A stretch of DNA of 64,000 bases from Ramazzottius varieornatus (taxonomy: Eukaryota; Animalia; Tardigrada), in contig BDGG01000009.1 in assembly GCA_001949185.1 (NCBI GenBank), positions 124,001-188,000 on the forward strand. Direction: 5' to 3'. Positions 38,001-50,766 of this stretch are shown here, in pieces (the first letter of the stretch is position 1; each line of letters begins with the position of its first letter). Both the position numbers and the translations under genes were made by a program. The notes beneath the pieces are model-generated. The model was not told the origin of the DNA and ran no database searches. It saw nothing but the letters and a program-made list of their open reading frames with translations.

Positions 38001-40182
38001 CCGTATGGTGTGATGGGGAAGACGTGGGTGGTAGCTCGCATGGTTGTTACCGCGACCCATCGGCTGTCCAAGGAGAAGGCGATATCTTGAACGGTAGCGT
38101 TGGTGTCCCCACGATGGAGGGTGTACAGGTGCTGGACATTAGCGAGCGAAGAGCCGGCCGGATGGGGACGCAGCAGGAAGATGTGGAAGTGCTGGCCGCT
38201 TTGCGAGCCTGACAGCAGCACCGTTCCATCGTGATTGAAGGCTAGAACGGCTACTGGGGACGAGGAATGGGCGACAAAGTGGGCTATAATGGCGCTGCGA
38301 CTCACACTGGCCTTCTCCAGAGAAAACTACAACCAGTAATTTTCCTCACGCATTGTCATAAGACTTCTGTTCGAGCTTACATACCTCGCCATCACCAGCC
38401 TTGTCCAAGTCCAGGACGGTGACAATACCTTCATGTACTCCTTCAGTCACATTCCCACCGTTGTTGGTCACGGCAGAAAGGGGGACTGGGCGTTTCAGGG
38501 CAGTGATGCCCTGGGCTACGGCCTCACTTATCTGAGTAATACCTTGCGAGATCGTCTGTAGAAATTAATATATGTCCCTCCTACCGAATTCTGAGTGGTT
38601 CCTTCTTCATCCAAATAGAATAGATTATTGAGAAAACTGAGAAACTGGACGAACCAACCTTAGCAGCGCTAATAACACTGGCTGTATACGAAGGTAAGCC
38701 ATCGACACGACCGCCCAGTGAATGGTAAATATCGTGCAACTGGATAGCAACAAAGAAACCATCGTTCGTTCATCATGAATGCACAAGATGCAATATTACG
38801 TACCTTCATCTCCGTATAAGCCAGCCAGCGGGTTCCCAAGGCTAGCGGATTGGGTGATACCAGATGAACCGGAAAGGACGCTGGAAATAGCATTACTCTT
38901 ATGATGAAAATTTACATAAACGAGTACTTGAAAACCGCAACGTACCATTGATGAAGAAGCGTTCCTTGAATGTACATGCATCGTAGACGACACAACGATC
39001 GGGAAACACCACAACCATTACCCTGTAAAACACATTGAAATCCGTTACACTATAATCGGGAACTGACAAGAAACCCGTTGCTACATACCGTTGGTTGCAC
39101 AAGATATTCTCGATGGCAGCTCGGAACTTGATGCTGTGAACCTTTTCGCCGCTCTGCAGTGAGATTATGCTGATGCTGGAGAAGGGATGCGTTTGCGAAG
39201 AGGAGGAATCGCAAGAAGCCAGCAGTGGGCGTCGTTGGCCGTAGGCATCGCCTGTCCCAAAAACTGTAACAGCCGAACGAATAAGCACCTCGTCCTATGA
39301 CCATAAAAAGTGAGGGAATGCGAGCTCGGCAAACCGCCCCGACCAGAACGTTTTTCCAAGTGGCGCATGTTCTCAGCCAGTATCACTGAAGAAGGCCGCC
39401 ACTTGAAAAGATTAACTTTCCGAGTGACGCACTCTTCCAGCCAGTACTACTGAAAGCGTGCGCCACTTGGGTAAACGATCTAGTCAAGTTGGTCTGTCGA
39501 GCTCCCAAATTGTTTCTCTTAAACTTGTACCTTCTTCGGGAAAAGGCAGCAGTCGAAGATGCTTAACTGGTCCTTGGCGAGACGAGTAGACTTCCCAGGC
39601 TTCCCCGTGAGGCTCAATGGCCCAGATTTGTGCGCCATTCGCGTAACCAAGCAAGACATATACAGCACCGTCGCTCCGTCCATGCCCTGTCCAACACAAC
39701 ATTAATCGAGCTACTGTAGGTACGTGAACTATAGAAGAGATTTCACGGTAGTACCAAAATGCTCAGGCTGTTCTATCCGAATCCATAGTACGACTTCCTT
39801 GTCGTTGGCTTTGTGGGCTTGTGACGAGGTTCCCTGTAAAGAACACAGGTAACTTTTTTTATACACGGAACCATAGCAGGCGCAAACCATCAGTGTACTG
39901 TGTGCCTCAACTGCTCACGTGCACGATCTGACAACGTAATTACGGGGTTAATTACCATCTGGGGGAGAACATCGTTGAAGAAGTCGACAACGCTTTGTGC
40001 CACGGATTTGTCAGCTCTGCAAAGAAAGACAGCCACATCTTCGGATGACCTGCTCTAACGAGGTTTGTCTTCGTTTAACGGTGGATCATGTGCTGGTGTA
40101 CTCACGAGACTTTCTGGGGACGAACAACCGTTCCAACGGTGCGGACATTCGCTGTATTGTGGAGGACGTCTCCAGCTGCCAT
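35084..40182 (-). CDS. BCAS3: BCAS3 (rudhira) WD40/PROPPIN-related protein, multi-exon
   Basis: VVRPQKVS..SVVDFFNDVLPQ, LLGYANGAQIW, NPLALGTRWLAY, IIAHFVAH, HLYTLHRGDTNATVQDIAFSLDSRWVAV..THVFPITPYGG, WLSQVEIVT..RRLWMGPQFRF. Confidence 0.93.
35695..35785. mobile_element. Palindromic MITE family copy (one unit), BCAS3 intron
   Basis: AAGTGACGCAC...GTGCGCCATTT. Confidence 0.6.
36280..36465. mobile_element. Palindromic MITE family copy (two units), BCAS3 intron
   Basis: Two hairpins; right end GTTTGCGGAGCTCCC-ATAT. Confidence 0.7.
37534..37670. mobile_element. Tc1/mariner-type MITE (TA flanks), BCAS3 intron
   Basis: ~33-bp TIRs CGATGTCGAAAGTGCTTCCCAGCCCGT / ACGGGCTGGGAAGCACTTTTGACATTG, TA on both sides. 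Confidence 0.8.
37673..37779. mobile_element. Second TA-flanked MITE abutting or enclosing the previous one
   Basis: Inverted arms CAGCAGCGTACCCGTGGTCACATGA / TCACGTGACACCGGGTATGCTGCTG; right end GCACTG-TA (Tc1-like). Confidence 0.6.
39320..39506. mobile_element. Palindromic MITE family, complete two-unit copy
   Basis: GCGAGCTCGGCAAAC...TGTCGAGCTCCC, flanks GAAT/AAAT. Confidence 0.75.
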
Positions 40183-40556
40183 GACTGCCAGGCTTAACGA
40201 TGTCCCTTAGCTGTACTTCAGGCAGTTAGTTTGATCAGCTCTAGAAGATCAGGAGAGTGGGGATTGGGGAAACAACTGAAGTCTGAAGGACAAAGTTGTA
40301 TTCTGGACTTCAAAGTTCAAACTTCAAACAAAGCCAAGACGAAAACCACAACAGTTCGATCGTAACAAAATGATCAGCTGACTGCCATACAGTGATGTCA
40401 TCCAGTGAGTTATGACCGCAGAATCGCAATCTCGCTACTGCGAATAATTCCAAGTTTTCCGAAATTCATGTTTCTTCCGTTGGAACGTTGGAACGTTGGA
40501 AGTTGGATCTGCGTTTGAGACATGATTGTCAGCCTCCTTCCGTTGTTCCTCTCGCA
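40183..40556. promoter_or_regulatory. Putative bidirectional promoter BCAS3/FANCJ
   Basis: Head-to-head ATGs ~375 bp apart; contains a short (CGTTGGAA)n tandem near 40478-40507. Confidence 0.5.
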
Positions 40557-43500
40557 ATGACGACGCCTGGAGCGTGGAGACCACAGTTACGACGCCTGGA
40601 TGGCAGCAGCACTTACCGCCCGAACGCAGCCAACGCCATCAACAGGTTGACTTCGTTTCCCGTCAGCCCCAGCTTTACCTCCACTTCCGCTTTTCCTGCA
40701 CAAACAACATCACCGATAGCGAATGGACATCCTGCTACTCCAGTCTCTTTTGCGGACTACAGAGGTAATGGCTATCAGCCATCACTCATCCACAACGCCA
40801 CTACAAGCTGGTCGATGGAGGAAGATGAGCTTCCCGCATCGACGTCCGTTGCTGCTGAACTACCAGACATCAAGCCGTCCGTCGCGCCAAAACCCCTGTC
40901 TCCTCCAGCCGGCACTTGCACGGAGCAGGAGTTCGTCATATCGGGAGTACGTGTCAAGTTTCCTTTCAAGCCCTACTCGTCGCAGACGGCACTGATGGAG
41001 AAGGTGCGACTAGTTAGTCTACTTCCGGTTGACTCCGTGCAACTACAGTAACGTTTGATTTCTTCCAGGTTATAAGATGTCTAAAGTCCAAAACCAATGG
41101 CTTACTGGAATCGCCGACGGGTAGTGGGAAAAGCCTCAGTCTTTTATGTTCGTCGCTGGCTTGGCAGAAGAGTCAGCATGCTGAGAGACGAGCGGGTAAG
41201 CATTCGTTCAGTCCACAGTTATCTCAAGTGGCGCACTTTTGCGGTGTTGTTAGCTGGAAGCGTGCGTCTCTTGGAAAATCCGACAGGAGTGCTCCCCAAG
41301 TGGCGCGTCTTTTTAGCGTTGTTGGCCGGAAGTGTGCGCCACTTGGACAAATGATCTTGTCGAATTCGTTTGCTGAGCACAGTTTTTTGACTGGCTTTCA
41401 CTGATAGTTGTGTACTCATAGTTTGCTGTTTCCACTTGCAGTGGATGGGATAACAGCTCCAACTGCTCCTGGTACCAAGAAGCGAAATGAAAAGCAAGCG
41501 ATGCGGAGGGCTCCGGTGCCTCCGGTCAAGAAGACTGGTCCTTGTGACTGTCGACGTTCACCAGCAGCAACGTCCGCAGTCGGTAGTGACGCACCAGTGT
41601 TGCCGCCGGATGACCTAATGAGTGAAGATGAGGACAACATGTCTTTTGACGATTTAATGGTAAGTTTGTTTTTGGTTTATTGCTACCGTTGGCTAACCGG
41701 AAGTTGGTATACCTGTCTAGCTTCCGGTAAGTCGTTCCTGGTCTCACTTCCGATTGGTCGTATTGTGCGTTTTGCCTATTGTAGAACCCCAAAGCTTCTG
41801 CGAAAAGGCAGCGGACGCAGCGAGGAACTACTGGGGGCGTTCTGAGAGACACTTCTCTAGCCAACCGACCAACTCCTCTGCCGAGTTTGCCGACTGCGCC
41901 GGGCAAATGCTCCTGTTCAAGCGCCACGCAGCTTGAGCAACAGCAACCTTCGGAATGCCAAGGACCACCCTCAACAGAAGTCCTTCAGCAACAGGAAGAG
42001 TAAGTTTGCTTCTTTGATTATTCCTGTTTATAGTTATACATGCAGTTAGGAACCCTTTCTTGTCTGACTGTAGTGTCCCCAAGATATATTTCGGCTCGAG
42101 GACGCACAAGCAGATTACGCAGCTCGTGCGGGAGTTACGCAAAGTTCCTTCGTACTCCGATACCAAGTAGGTTGGCATTTTTATCACAATCATAGCTCGA
42201 CCTAGACGATCTTCTTGAATGCTAACAGTCTGTGTTCTGTTGCAGGATGACAATACTGGGAAGTAAAGATCAGGTTGGTGACACTCGTCCCTTCTTCTTC
42301 TTCTATGAAGCATGTTCCGGGATTAGCGAAGGTAAACTCCGGGTACAGAAGTACATGCAGTCATTTTGTAGTACTGCGTCCACCCGTCCGTCTCGAGAGA
42401 GAGGAACAAGAATGAAGCTTGTCAGGAGCTGTTGGACTCTAACAAGACTGCTGGCGAGTATTTCGCTGGTCATCAGAAGGTCCGTGTCTTTTTTTCGCGT
42501 TCTTATTGTTATCTTACCTTTCCGACAGAAGCAGCATAATAACTGATCAGTGATGTGCGGGCTTGCAGGGTTGTGAGTACCATGGTGGAGTTGCGCCTTC
42601 GCTACCCCGGCTGTTTCAGAAAGGACCCAAGGGTCGTCTGCCCTCGATTTTCGACATTGAGGACCTGATGGAATCAGGCAAGAAGAATGTTGTAAGTGAC
42701 TTTTAACACAAGTTACGTCCAACGAGTACTGTAGGTAATACAGAATTTGGTGTCCGTAGTACTGTCCGTATTTCATGTCTCGGGAGCTAACGGAAAACGC
42801 TCACCTCATCTTCTGTCCATACAACTACCTGGTCGATGCCCGTATTCGACAAGCCTTGAAGATCAGCCTCGAGGGCCAAATTGTCATCTTTGATGAAGGC
42901 CACAACATGGAAGATGCAGCGAGAGAGGTAACAGATGAAACTGCAGAAAATGTTTACAAAAGAAATACACGTGGACGTCGGCAGACGAATCCGTCCAGAT
43001 GGTTTTCCCAAGTGGCACAAGCTCTTGGGCGATAACAGTGAGAACGTGCGCCGCACCAATGGCGTTCTCAAGCGGCGCATTTATCCAGCCAGTGACAATG
43101 AGATCGTACGTCACTGTGGATGAAGATCTGGCTGAAATCTTTTTCCGACGTGCCAAATGAGATTATTGAAATTCAGCAAGAATTTCTTTGTTAGGCCGCA
43201 TCGTTCACGCTGAGCAGTAGAGAATTGAAGGAAGTGTTGGAAGATATGTCGACGGTGTTAGCGTTGAATGCTCGGCATCGAGTCTTCAGCCCGGTGACGA
43301 ACGAGATTCAGAGTGTAATGGAGCGTTTAAGGGTCTTGCTGGAATGGCTAGAGAGCAATGGACGCAATGTCCAGGCCGATTCCTTCGGAACTGGTAATAA
43401 AGAGTTGAGCGGGCAAGACTTGGTGGCTATTCTCACCGAAGTGGGCCTGGGACCTGATGAGTACAAGCACCTGGAGGCTGAGTACGAGGCCATCCAGGCC

Positions 43501-46500
43501 GATAAGACGGAGAATGAACAAGGTGGACTAGCGGCTATGCAGATTATCTTTGACGAGGCAGGCAATAATCAAAGCAAGACCAAAAAGGTACGTGAAAAAC
43601 AGCAATCAAACCGAAGTAAGAAATGGGACATCGGCAAACAAAACGTACAAATGAATCGTTTTCCCAAGTGGCGCACCTCTCTCGTGTCTTTGGCTGGCTG
43701 CTTGCGCCACGCGGGAAAATGATCTTGCACGTTTCGTTTGGCTGCCTTTCAAACATCCATATAACTAATACTAATACTTTAAAATTGAGTTATATCCCAA
43801 TTGAAGTGAGATAGCTGAATAGCTTAAAAGCAAACTACAGTGACTGAAATATAGTAAAATATTACATTGTGTCACCTGTATGGTGGTAGGTCTCGGCGGT
43901 GACGTTGAACCTTGTGCGTAGTCTGGTGGTCATCCTGGACTATCTGTATCGTCTGGGCAGGCGTCATGTCCGCGACTACAAGGGGTTACTAGCCAAAGAG
44001 ATGGTTCGCAACAATGCGTACAAGGTGGACCAGGATAACTATCGTCGAAAGCGCAAAGGACACGAAGTGCAAGAGTGGAGTTTCAAGCTGCACTTTTGGT
44101 GTCTCAACCCAGCCGTGGCCTTCGGGGACTTTCACCAGACTCACTCGGTTATCCTCACTTCCGGTAAGTCATCGCCTCCTTCTTGTCATGACAAATGCAA
44201 CAGGGAAGCATTCAGTCCGTTGTTTTCCCCTCTGTTGACAGGTACCTTGTCTCCCATGACTTCCTTCCAGTCGGAACTAGATATGCCGTTCAAGATCCAG
44301 TTCGAAGCTAGCCACGTCATCAACATGAGGTAAGATGGTCACCGTCTAGTCGTAGGAAGATATTCTAGGAGCTTAGTTGGTCTTGCCTTTTTTCTACGAC
44401 AATGCCAGTTGTGTTCGTGCCGAACACGGCCTTGACTGGTTTTCCCATAGCAAAAAGGCAGAAATATCTATAACACCAGATACTTGAATCCAACAGGGCA
44501 TGCGTGGCCTTCTTTCTGATATTTTCCGTTTATTTGGTCAAGCGTCAGATAACATGGATCGAGTAGAAACGGTTGTGGCTGTATAGACAGGTCTGGGCTG
44601 GCGCGGTGGGCTCTGGTCCGGCAAGGACCCAGCTGATGGGAACTTATAACCATGTGCAAACCCTGGCCTACCAAGACGAAATTGGCCAAGCCGTCCTCAG
44701 TGTCTGCACCATTGTTCCCCATGGTGTCCTCTGCTTCTTCACATCTTATAACATCATGGATACGTTGATGAAACGCTGGACAGTGCGTTGTAGTCTTTTT
44801 TTTAGTAGCATTGGAATTTGGTTTCATTAGTAAATGCTGTTTTTCGTAGGACACGGGCGTGATGGATAAGTTGGAGGAGCGAAAGATGGTGGTCCAGGAG
44901 CCACGGGGTGGCGGCGGGGACAAGGCCATCTTCCAGAAAGTGATGGACGACTTCTATGTGGCCATCAGCGGAGAAGGCTGCTCGGGCCGACAGGATGGCG
45001 CCATTATGTTCGCCGTCTTTCGCGGAAAGATCAGCGAAGGTCTGGACTTTGCTGATAACAACGCCCGTGCAGTCATCACCGTCGGCATTCCCTTTCCCAA
45101 CTTTAAAGACCCGCAGGTACGCCTTTTGGTCTTCGTGCGTCCCGTCTCCGTTCATTCTTGCTTCTCAAACATGAGCTCTTGATCAAATGGAAGATTGGAG
45201 GAGGAAGCGCGCCATCGTACACAGACCTGCATACAGTTTTACTTTACGTTGTAGTAATATGATGTACGCAGGTTTTGAAAGATGTTCAGTTGAGTTACCA
45301 TGAGCCGGTCCGTCGAAAAAATCTCTAGCTGAGCTGACTTTTTGTTGTTGTTGCTGCAGGTGACGATGAAGCGTTTATACAATGATCAGAATCAGCATCG
45401 TGGTTTGCTGAGTGGGTCAAACTGGTATGACATTCAGGCTTTCCGAGCACTGAACCAAGGTACAAACACTTCTTCGTTTTTCCCCTGTCAGGGTACGAGT
45501 ACCACTGTTGGTTGCATTGACAGCACTGGGGCGCTGCATTCGTCATAAGGATGACTGGGGTGCCCTGGTTCTACTGGACTCTCGGTTCACCTTCCCTCAA
45601 GGTACAGGTGCTAAGTCCCGATTCGCTCAAGGTATGCCTCTCTAGTCATGTTTCACTCCATATGGTACCCTGCAGCAAGAAAGCAAGCTTTAGAGCTGAC
45701 TTCTGAGGAGTTATTTAGTATAAACTCGATGAGATTGTTTACTCAAGTGGCGCACAGTTTTAGCGTTTTTGGCTGGAATCGTGCGCCACTTGAGGGTTTG
45801 CTGGCCTCTCATGTACGAGGTAAACGGCATAATTCGGGCAATTTCCGACCCATAATTCGGGCAACTGTTTTCTCCGTAAAGGCTGGACGGATCAGCGTTA
45901 TTTGTAGTTTTCCGAGTGGAAAAACTTGTTTACGGTAGCCTTAAATAGTTTTGAGGATGATCTGGTGGACGGAATCCGAAAAACAGGACTCCAGCCAGAC
46001 GGGGGTATCGCTAATGTTAAAAAGCCTACGAAATGAGATTGAGAAGGGCCACAAGAGACGCTTGACTCGATTTATTTAACAACCTTCGTTGACGTTATAA
46101 AGCTCGTTTGAAGTGGAAAAAAGACTTTCACATGACAAGACGTTTTTCTAGGAGTTGCGACAGACAGCTCGAGCAGGGTGATGCCCGGCACGGCCCTGTT
46201 CGGTCTTACCGTAGGAAAACTGCAAATCTTGTGTTCGCGAGTTGACTGAGCTAAATGACAACCCAGGCCCGGAAGCAACTAATACACTGGATACTGTATG
46301 TATGACGTTGTGTTGATTTTGATAGGTCTGTCCAAATGGTTGCGGCCTCCAGACGGCCTGATTTCTCACGGGAGCTTCCAAGGAGCCATGGCTAGCCTGA
46401 AGTACTTCATCCAGGGCAGACTGGCCCTCCAGCCATCGTCGGCTTCGCCGGAAGAGCCTTCCGCTCTCCTTAGTCCTGGCGACGAACCTGGCATTGTCCG

Positions 46501-46549
46501 ACTGGAGGACCCGATGAATGGGGACGACTTTTTCTGTGATGATCTCTAG
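40557..46549 (+). CDS. BRIP1: Fanconi anemia group J / DOG-1-like Fe-S DNA helicase
   Basis: Q motif [35 protein letters not shown], Fe-S Cys (YCVHP, CQELL, CEY, CPY), [66 protein letters not shown]. Confidence 0.93.
41200..41385. mobile_element. Palindromic MITE family copy, FANCJ intron
   Basis: Two AAGTGGCGC hairpin units. Confidence 0.7.
42972..43157. mobile_element. Palindromic MITE family copy, FANCJ intron
   Basis: GGACGTCGGCAGAC...TTCCGACGTGCC ends with two degenerate units. Confidence 0.6.
43625..43750. mobile_element. Palindromic MITE family, one-unit copy, FANCJ intron
   Basis: GGGACATCGGCAAAC start, one hairpin, flanks AAAT/AAAC. Confidence 0.65.
45715..45800. mobile_element. 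Palindromic MITE family copy, FANCJ intron
   Basis: CTCAAGTGGCGCAC...GTGCGCCACTTGAG. Confidence 0.65.
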
Positions 46550-47454
46550 TTACACAAAGATGTCACCGACGCTCGCTTTTTATGTCAGTATGTTCCTTTC
46601 CATGCCGCTCTAGGCTTCCCCTTGTGTACTACCTCTTTCACATTCCATACATTATCATATGTTGTATCGTTCAACAGCGACCCATTGTTTACCTCAGCCT
46701 TCTTGTTTTACTTGCTTTTGTTCCCAGGTGTCCATGAATGGTGTTTTTAAAGACCGGAAGCGTCGGCCTTCTTATCAAAAAGGTATTCTAATAAATTCAG
46801 TTGACGGTGATGAACGTTCATGTTGGATGATATGAATGTTAAGAGGGATGAAGTTTTAGTCGGTTTCAGAGGCTTTATGGTGTGTGTTGACGGAACGGAC
46901 TTTGAGGCGTGGTGGGCTGGAGTGGCGACAGGTAGAGCGTGTCGGATACTGTATCTGGGGATAGGAAGGTGTCCATATCGGCTCATTGACGGGACAGACA
47001 AAACAAAGTCAATAGCGGAGGATTATAACCTGTCATTACAGAGGTGCCTAATGAATAGTGGATGAGGTGGAAGCATTGACAAAGAGACAAGGCTTGAGCC
47101 CAAGGGTCAGCTTGTTAGGGCTGCTGGATGGCGCCGCTCTGACTTTCCATAAGTATAGTTTTCCGGTCATTGTCATTGTCCATAAGTGCCTCTTGTTAAC
47201 TTTACCTTCAACAACTGTCTATCACTCCTGCTTGTACACAGGACATCATCGCCACTTCACCTGCTCCCTCCCTCTTACATACAGCCATAGCTACCGCCAA
47301 CGCCATCCGTTGATACTCGCGCATCCTTCTTACCTCTCAGGTATAAAATTACGTTGGCAGCAAACCACCAAATTTCAACAGGATTCGGATTTTCTAGAAA
47401 TAAAAATCAGAGACGCGTTATGAATGCACAATGTTCCAAAAATGGAAATCTGGG

Positions 47455-47640
47455 AATTGGCTACGTGGAAAGACACATGTGGCGCCACCGGTAGCACTGG
47501 TACGGCATGGCAAAAGGAATCCATCTCGTAAGTGGCGCACTGTGACAATCAATTGCGCAACTTGGAAAGAGGATTTGGTCGATCTTTATCGCTGGGCGCA
47601 CGCTCTCAGCCAATAACAATGAATAGCGATCTGGATTAGT
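47455..47640. mobile_element. Degenerate palindromic MITE family copy
   Basis: GTGGCGCCAC, AAGTGGCGCAC..TGCGCAACTT, GGGCGCACGCTCTCAGCCAATAAC. Confidence 0.45.
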
Positions 47641-48794
47641 TCATATTCTCATGCCCAGTTGGGTAGTTCGAAGCTAACATCGGAAGAACTTCCGCCTTCC
47701 ACAAAAGGAGCGCCAGAAGTCGAGCAAAGCTTCTCTCGAATGACAGGGCGATTCATACCTTGAAATGGTATGGCGGCTGTGATACGGATTATCTTGGGAG
47801 TAAATACTCTTCATAAACAGGGAGATAACAGAATGCCATTTGAGGATGCGAAGGTTGTTGATGAGGTAGACAAAGCCCAGTGAAAGGAGGAGACACTTAA
47901 TCCTCTTAGCATGCAAAAGCTTTGGCAGTACAGCCACTCATTAGCATTTATTAAGATTGTGAAGATGTCTCGTCGCCAAAAGGTGTGTGTGTGTTTACAT
48001 AATTACTCCTACCTGCTATCAGAACCTGCTGCTATCATTGACCATATGCCAGACCGGCAAACCTTCTTCTTCAGCCAAACAGCGCGGCTTTCAGAGACTC
48101 CGTCAGCCACCAGGCTGCGCAGGTGAGACCCCACCATCCAGAGGTTCTGGCCATTAAGGAAGTAATTTTACGGTAGATAGAAAATCCGTGCACGTGCGAG
48201 AAGGTCTTGAGAATGCGAAGGTCGATGCGAGCGGTCATCTTTCAAAATCAGCTTACAAAGGCAGAGGAAACGGGCACTGTGAGGCCGGAAGGCGGGAAGA
48301 CCGATGATAGTCTATCCACAAAAGATGTAGAAGCGAAGCTGAGTTCGGTCTTTATAACGGGATTGCATTTTGTGGATAGTACTTTAGGCCATATTCTGTG
48401 GTTGCTGACGGTTATTCAAAGTGTGCGCAGACGAGAAGAGGGAGCAGATTAGCATAGGATTCGGCTGTATAGCGATCCATTACGGAATGGGCCATCTTTG
48501 GTGGAGTGTCAATCAGACAATTAATCGCTCCAGCAATCATCCATCATCAGCAACTTTGATCAAATGGAATGAAAGCTAAACAAATTATCCCGCCAAGCAC
48601 ATCGCCACAAGCTAGTCCCTAGCCTACATCATTTTGCGCAATAGCCTCATCGCGCACATTCCTAGCTCCCCTTTACATCAATCAAATTAGGCGGGCGCGG
48701 TCAGCCATCAATTGCCCATTGCACAATATACCATGTACAAGTTAATCCTTGGGGCTGTGTTCCTGCAGGACATGTCTTACCCACTGAACTACTT

Positions 48795-49071
48795 GGGAGC
48801 TCGGCAAATGAACTCGATCACATCGTTTTCTCAGTGGCGCACGTTTACAGTAAATACTGGCTGAAAGCAGACGCCAGTGCAAAAACGATTTGGACAGGCT
48901 CACTTTCTCAAGTGGCGCACCCTCATAGCGTTATGAGCCGAAAACGTACGTCACTTGAAAGAGAAATTTGGTCAAGTTTAATTTCCCAAGTGGCGCACAT
49001 TATCAGTGTGTTGGCCAGAAGCATTCGCCACTCTGAAAAGTTATTCGGTCGAATCTGTTTGCTGAACTTTC
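48795..49071. mobile_element. Palindromic MITE family, three-unit copy
   Basis: GGGAGCTCGGCAAAT start, three AGTGGCGCAC units ~72 bp apart, flanks ACTT/ATTT. Confidence 0.75.
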
Positions 49072-50644
49072 ATTTAACCCATCAAAGCCGAACGGTAATA
49101 TGTAAATTACAGTTTTGTAGGTGAGCGACAAATCCCCTGATGAGTTAAAGCGTGGCTCGGTTTGACCAGGCGGAAGACGAAACGACGCCCGGAATGGATG
49201 TGAGGCGAAGGAGCGAGGTGCCTTACCTGCCTATTAAGCACCATGTGACCATGGTCGAAGAGCACCGGTAGGAAGCAAGTCCTTCTGAAGGTTTGGAGGT
49301 AGCCACAGGAGGTGGCGATGGTGGTTTGGAGTCTGAGCGGGTCGAGTCAATGAGCTTAAATAGGTATAATATGCAGCTCGCAGCGCCGGCAACACATCTG
49401 GCGCCGCGGCTACTTAACTGTCCACTACAAAACAGACATTATCCATGATTCGCCACTCGATAAGCATCCTACTTAAAACTAGCATACAGCTACCATGCAT
49501 TCTAATGACTGTCCCAAGATGCATACCCAGCCTCGGCTGCGGTAGCCGCTGTCGCGCCACACTGCAATGCACTCCACTCCTCTCCACGGTCAAACAGCCC
49601 TGAACCGCGTTAGTTCTTAAACCATGTCGACTTGTTCTTCATCCCAAGGTCCAATTAGCTTCTGAGTATGCCAACTGTAAAAAGCAAGCGTCTTGAATAC
49701 TGGTTGGTTGAATGGTGGAGGTCTTCCGCAAGGGGGCACTTTAGAGTGGCGCAGATGTGCGCCACTTTGCGGAATGCTGTCTTCGCTCGGTCAATATTTT
49801 GCAAGGCACTCGTCACAGCACCGGAGACTCAAATCTGAGCTGAAAACATCCTTATACATACTAGGAACGGAGATACGTAAAAAGTGGTCATAACTGCGCC
49901 CTCTGATTTGAAGGACCTCGGAGGTCGTGCATGAACATGACCAGTACAAGCAGTCAAGTGTTGGTGGGTACATGGTGCGCAAGTTGGGACATGTCATCGA
50001 CATGCTTTGCAGGCTCATTAACAAGTCAATCGTTTATTCAAATCAACTTGAGGAGGATAATGGCCCATCAACGGTCTTATGCCAGTAAAGCACTAGCGAG
50101 GCACCCGAGCCCGACTTGATGGGGCCCCATGCCTACGTTGTCGGGGCAGAGGCGCAAAGCAATGCGTCGAATGCTCCATCCTGTTTGTCGCGCTGCTTGT
50201 ATTACACGCATCCCTGATCTCCTAAGCAGCTTGCTTTTCCATGAACTGCACTATGCGCACTGGCTATAGTGTCATGATCCGGCCGGCGCGCTCCATTATC
50301 GGCGCTGAAGGCTATTGTTCTTCACCGGAAGTACTCTTTGCGCTCATCGGCTTTCCCCCACTAATCACCCAACGCCGATTCGCTCACCAATCATCTCGTT
50401 TCCTTTCTAGATCCCGCATAACCACAAACATCAAACCATCACAACTCACTTCCTCCCATGAAAAATATTAGAGGCAAATTGCGGAGATTCAGAAGGCACA
50501 ATCGTCCTTCCCAACGACCAAGTTGAGACTGCAGGACTCTGTAACCTTTGGCGTACCCTAACGGTCCACGATCTACTCAGAAAAAAATCTGTTATGCCCT
50601 AGTGGTTTCAGAGCCAATTAGGTACACCGTAAAACAAAAGATGA

Positions 50645-50766
50645 AACGTTGGCAAATGGATTCAGCCACATCGTTCTCTCAAGTGACGCATGTACTCAGT
50701 GTTGCTGGCTGGTAGCATGCGTCACTTGGAAAAACGATATTGGGCGAATTCATTTGCCAACGTCCC
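50645..50766. mobile_element. Palindromic MITE family, one-unit copy
   Basis: ACGTTGGCAAATG...CATTTGCCAACGT arms around AAGTGACGCATG..CATGCGTCACTT. Confidence 0.7.

Noticed and set aside
42447-42460. Possible GC-AG intron in FANCJ (G/GCGAGT)
   Set aside because: Wrong phase; a downstream GT donor (AAG/GTCCGT) joins the next exon in frame.
48795-49071. CRISPR-like appearance of regularly spaced palindromic repeats
   Set aside because: Eukaryotic context, spacers are homologous to each other, arrays are bounded by TIRs, and there are no cas genes.
49137-49200. CTGATGAG...CGAAAC hammerhead-ribozyme-like core
   Set aside because: No convincing stems I/III or NUH cleavage triplet could be paired.
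49930-50120. GGYMVRKL peptide reminiscent of a P-element/THAP9 transposase C-terminus
   Set aside because: Too short and surrounded by stop codons; not supportable without a profile search.
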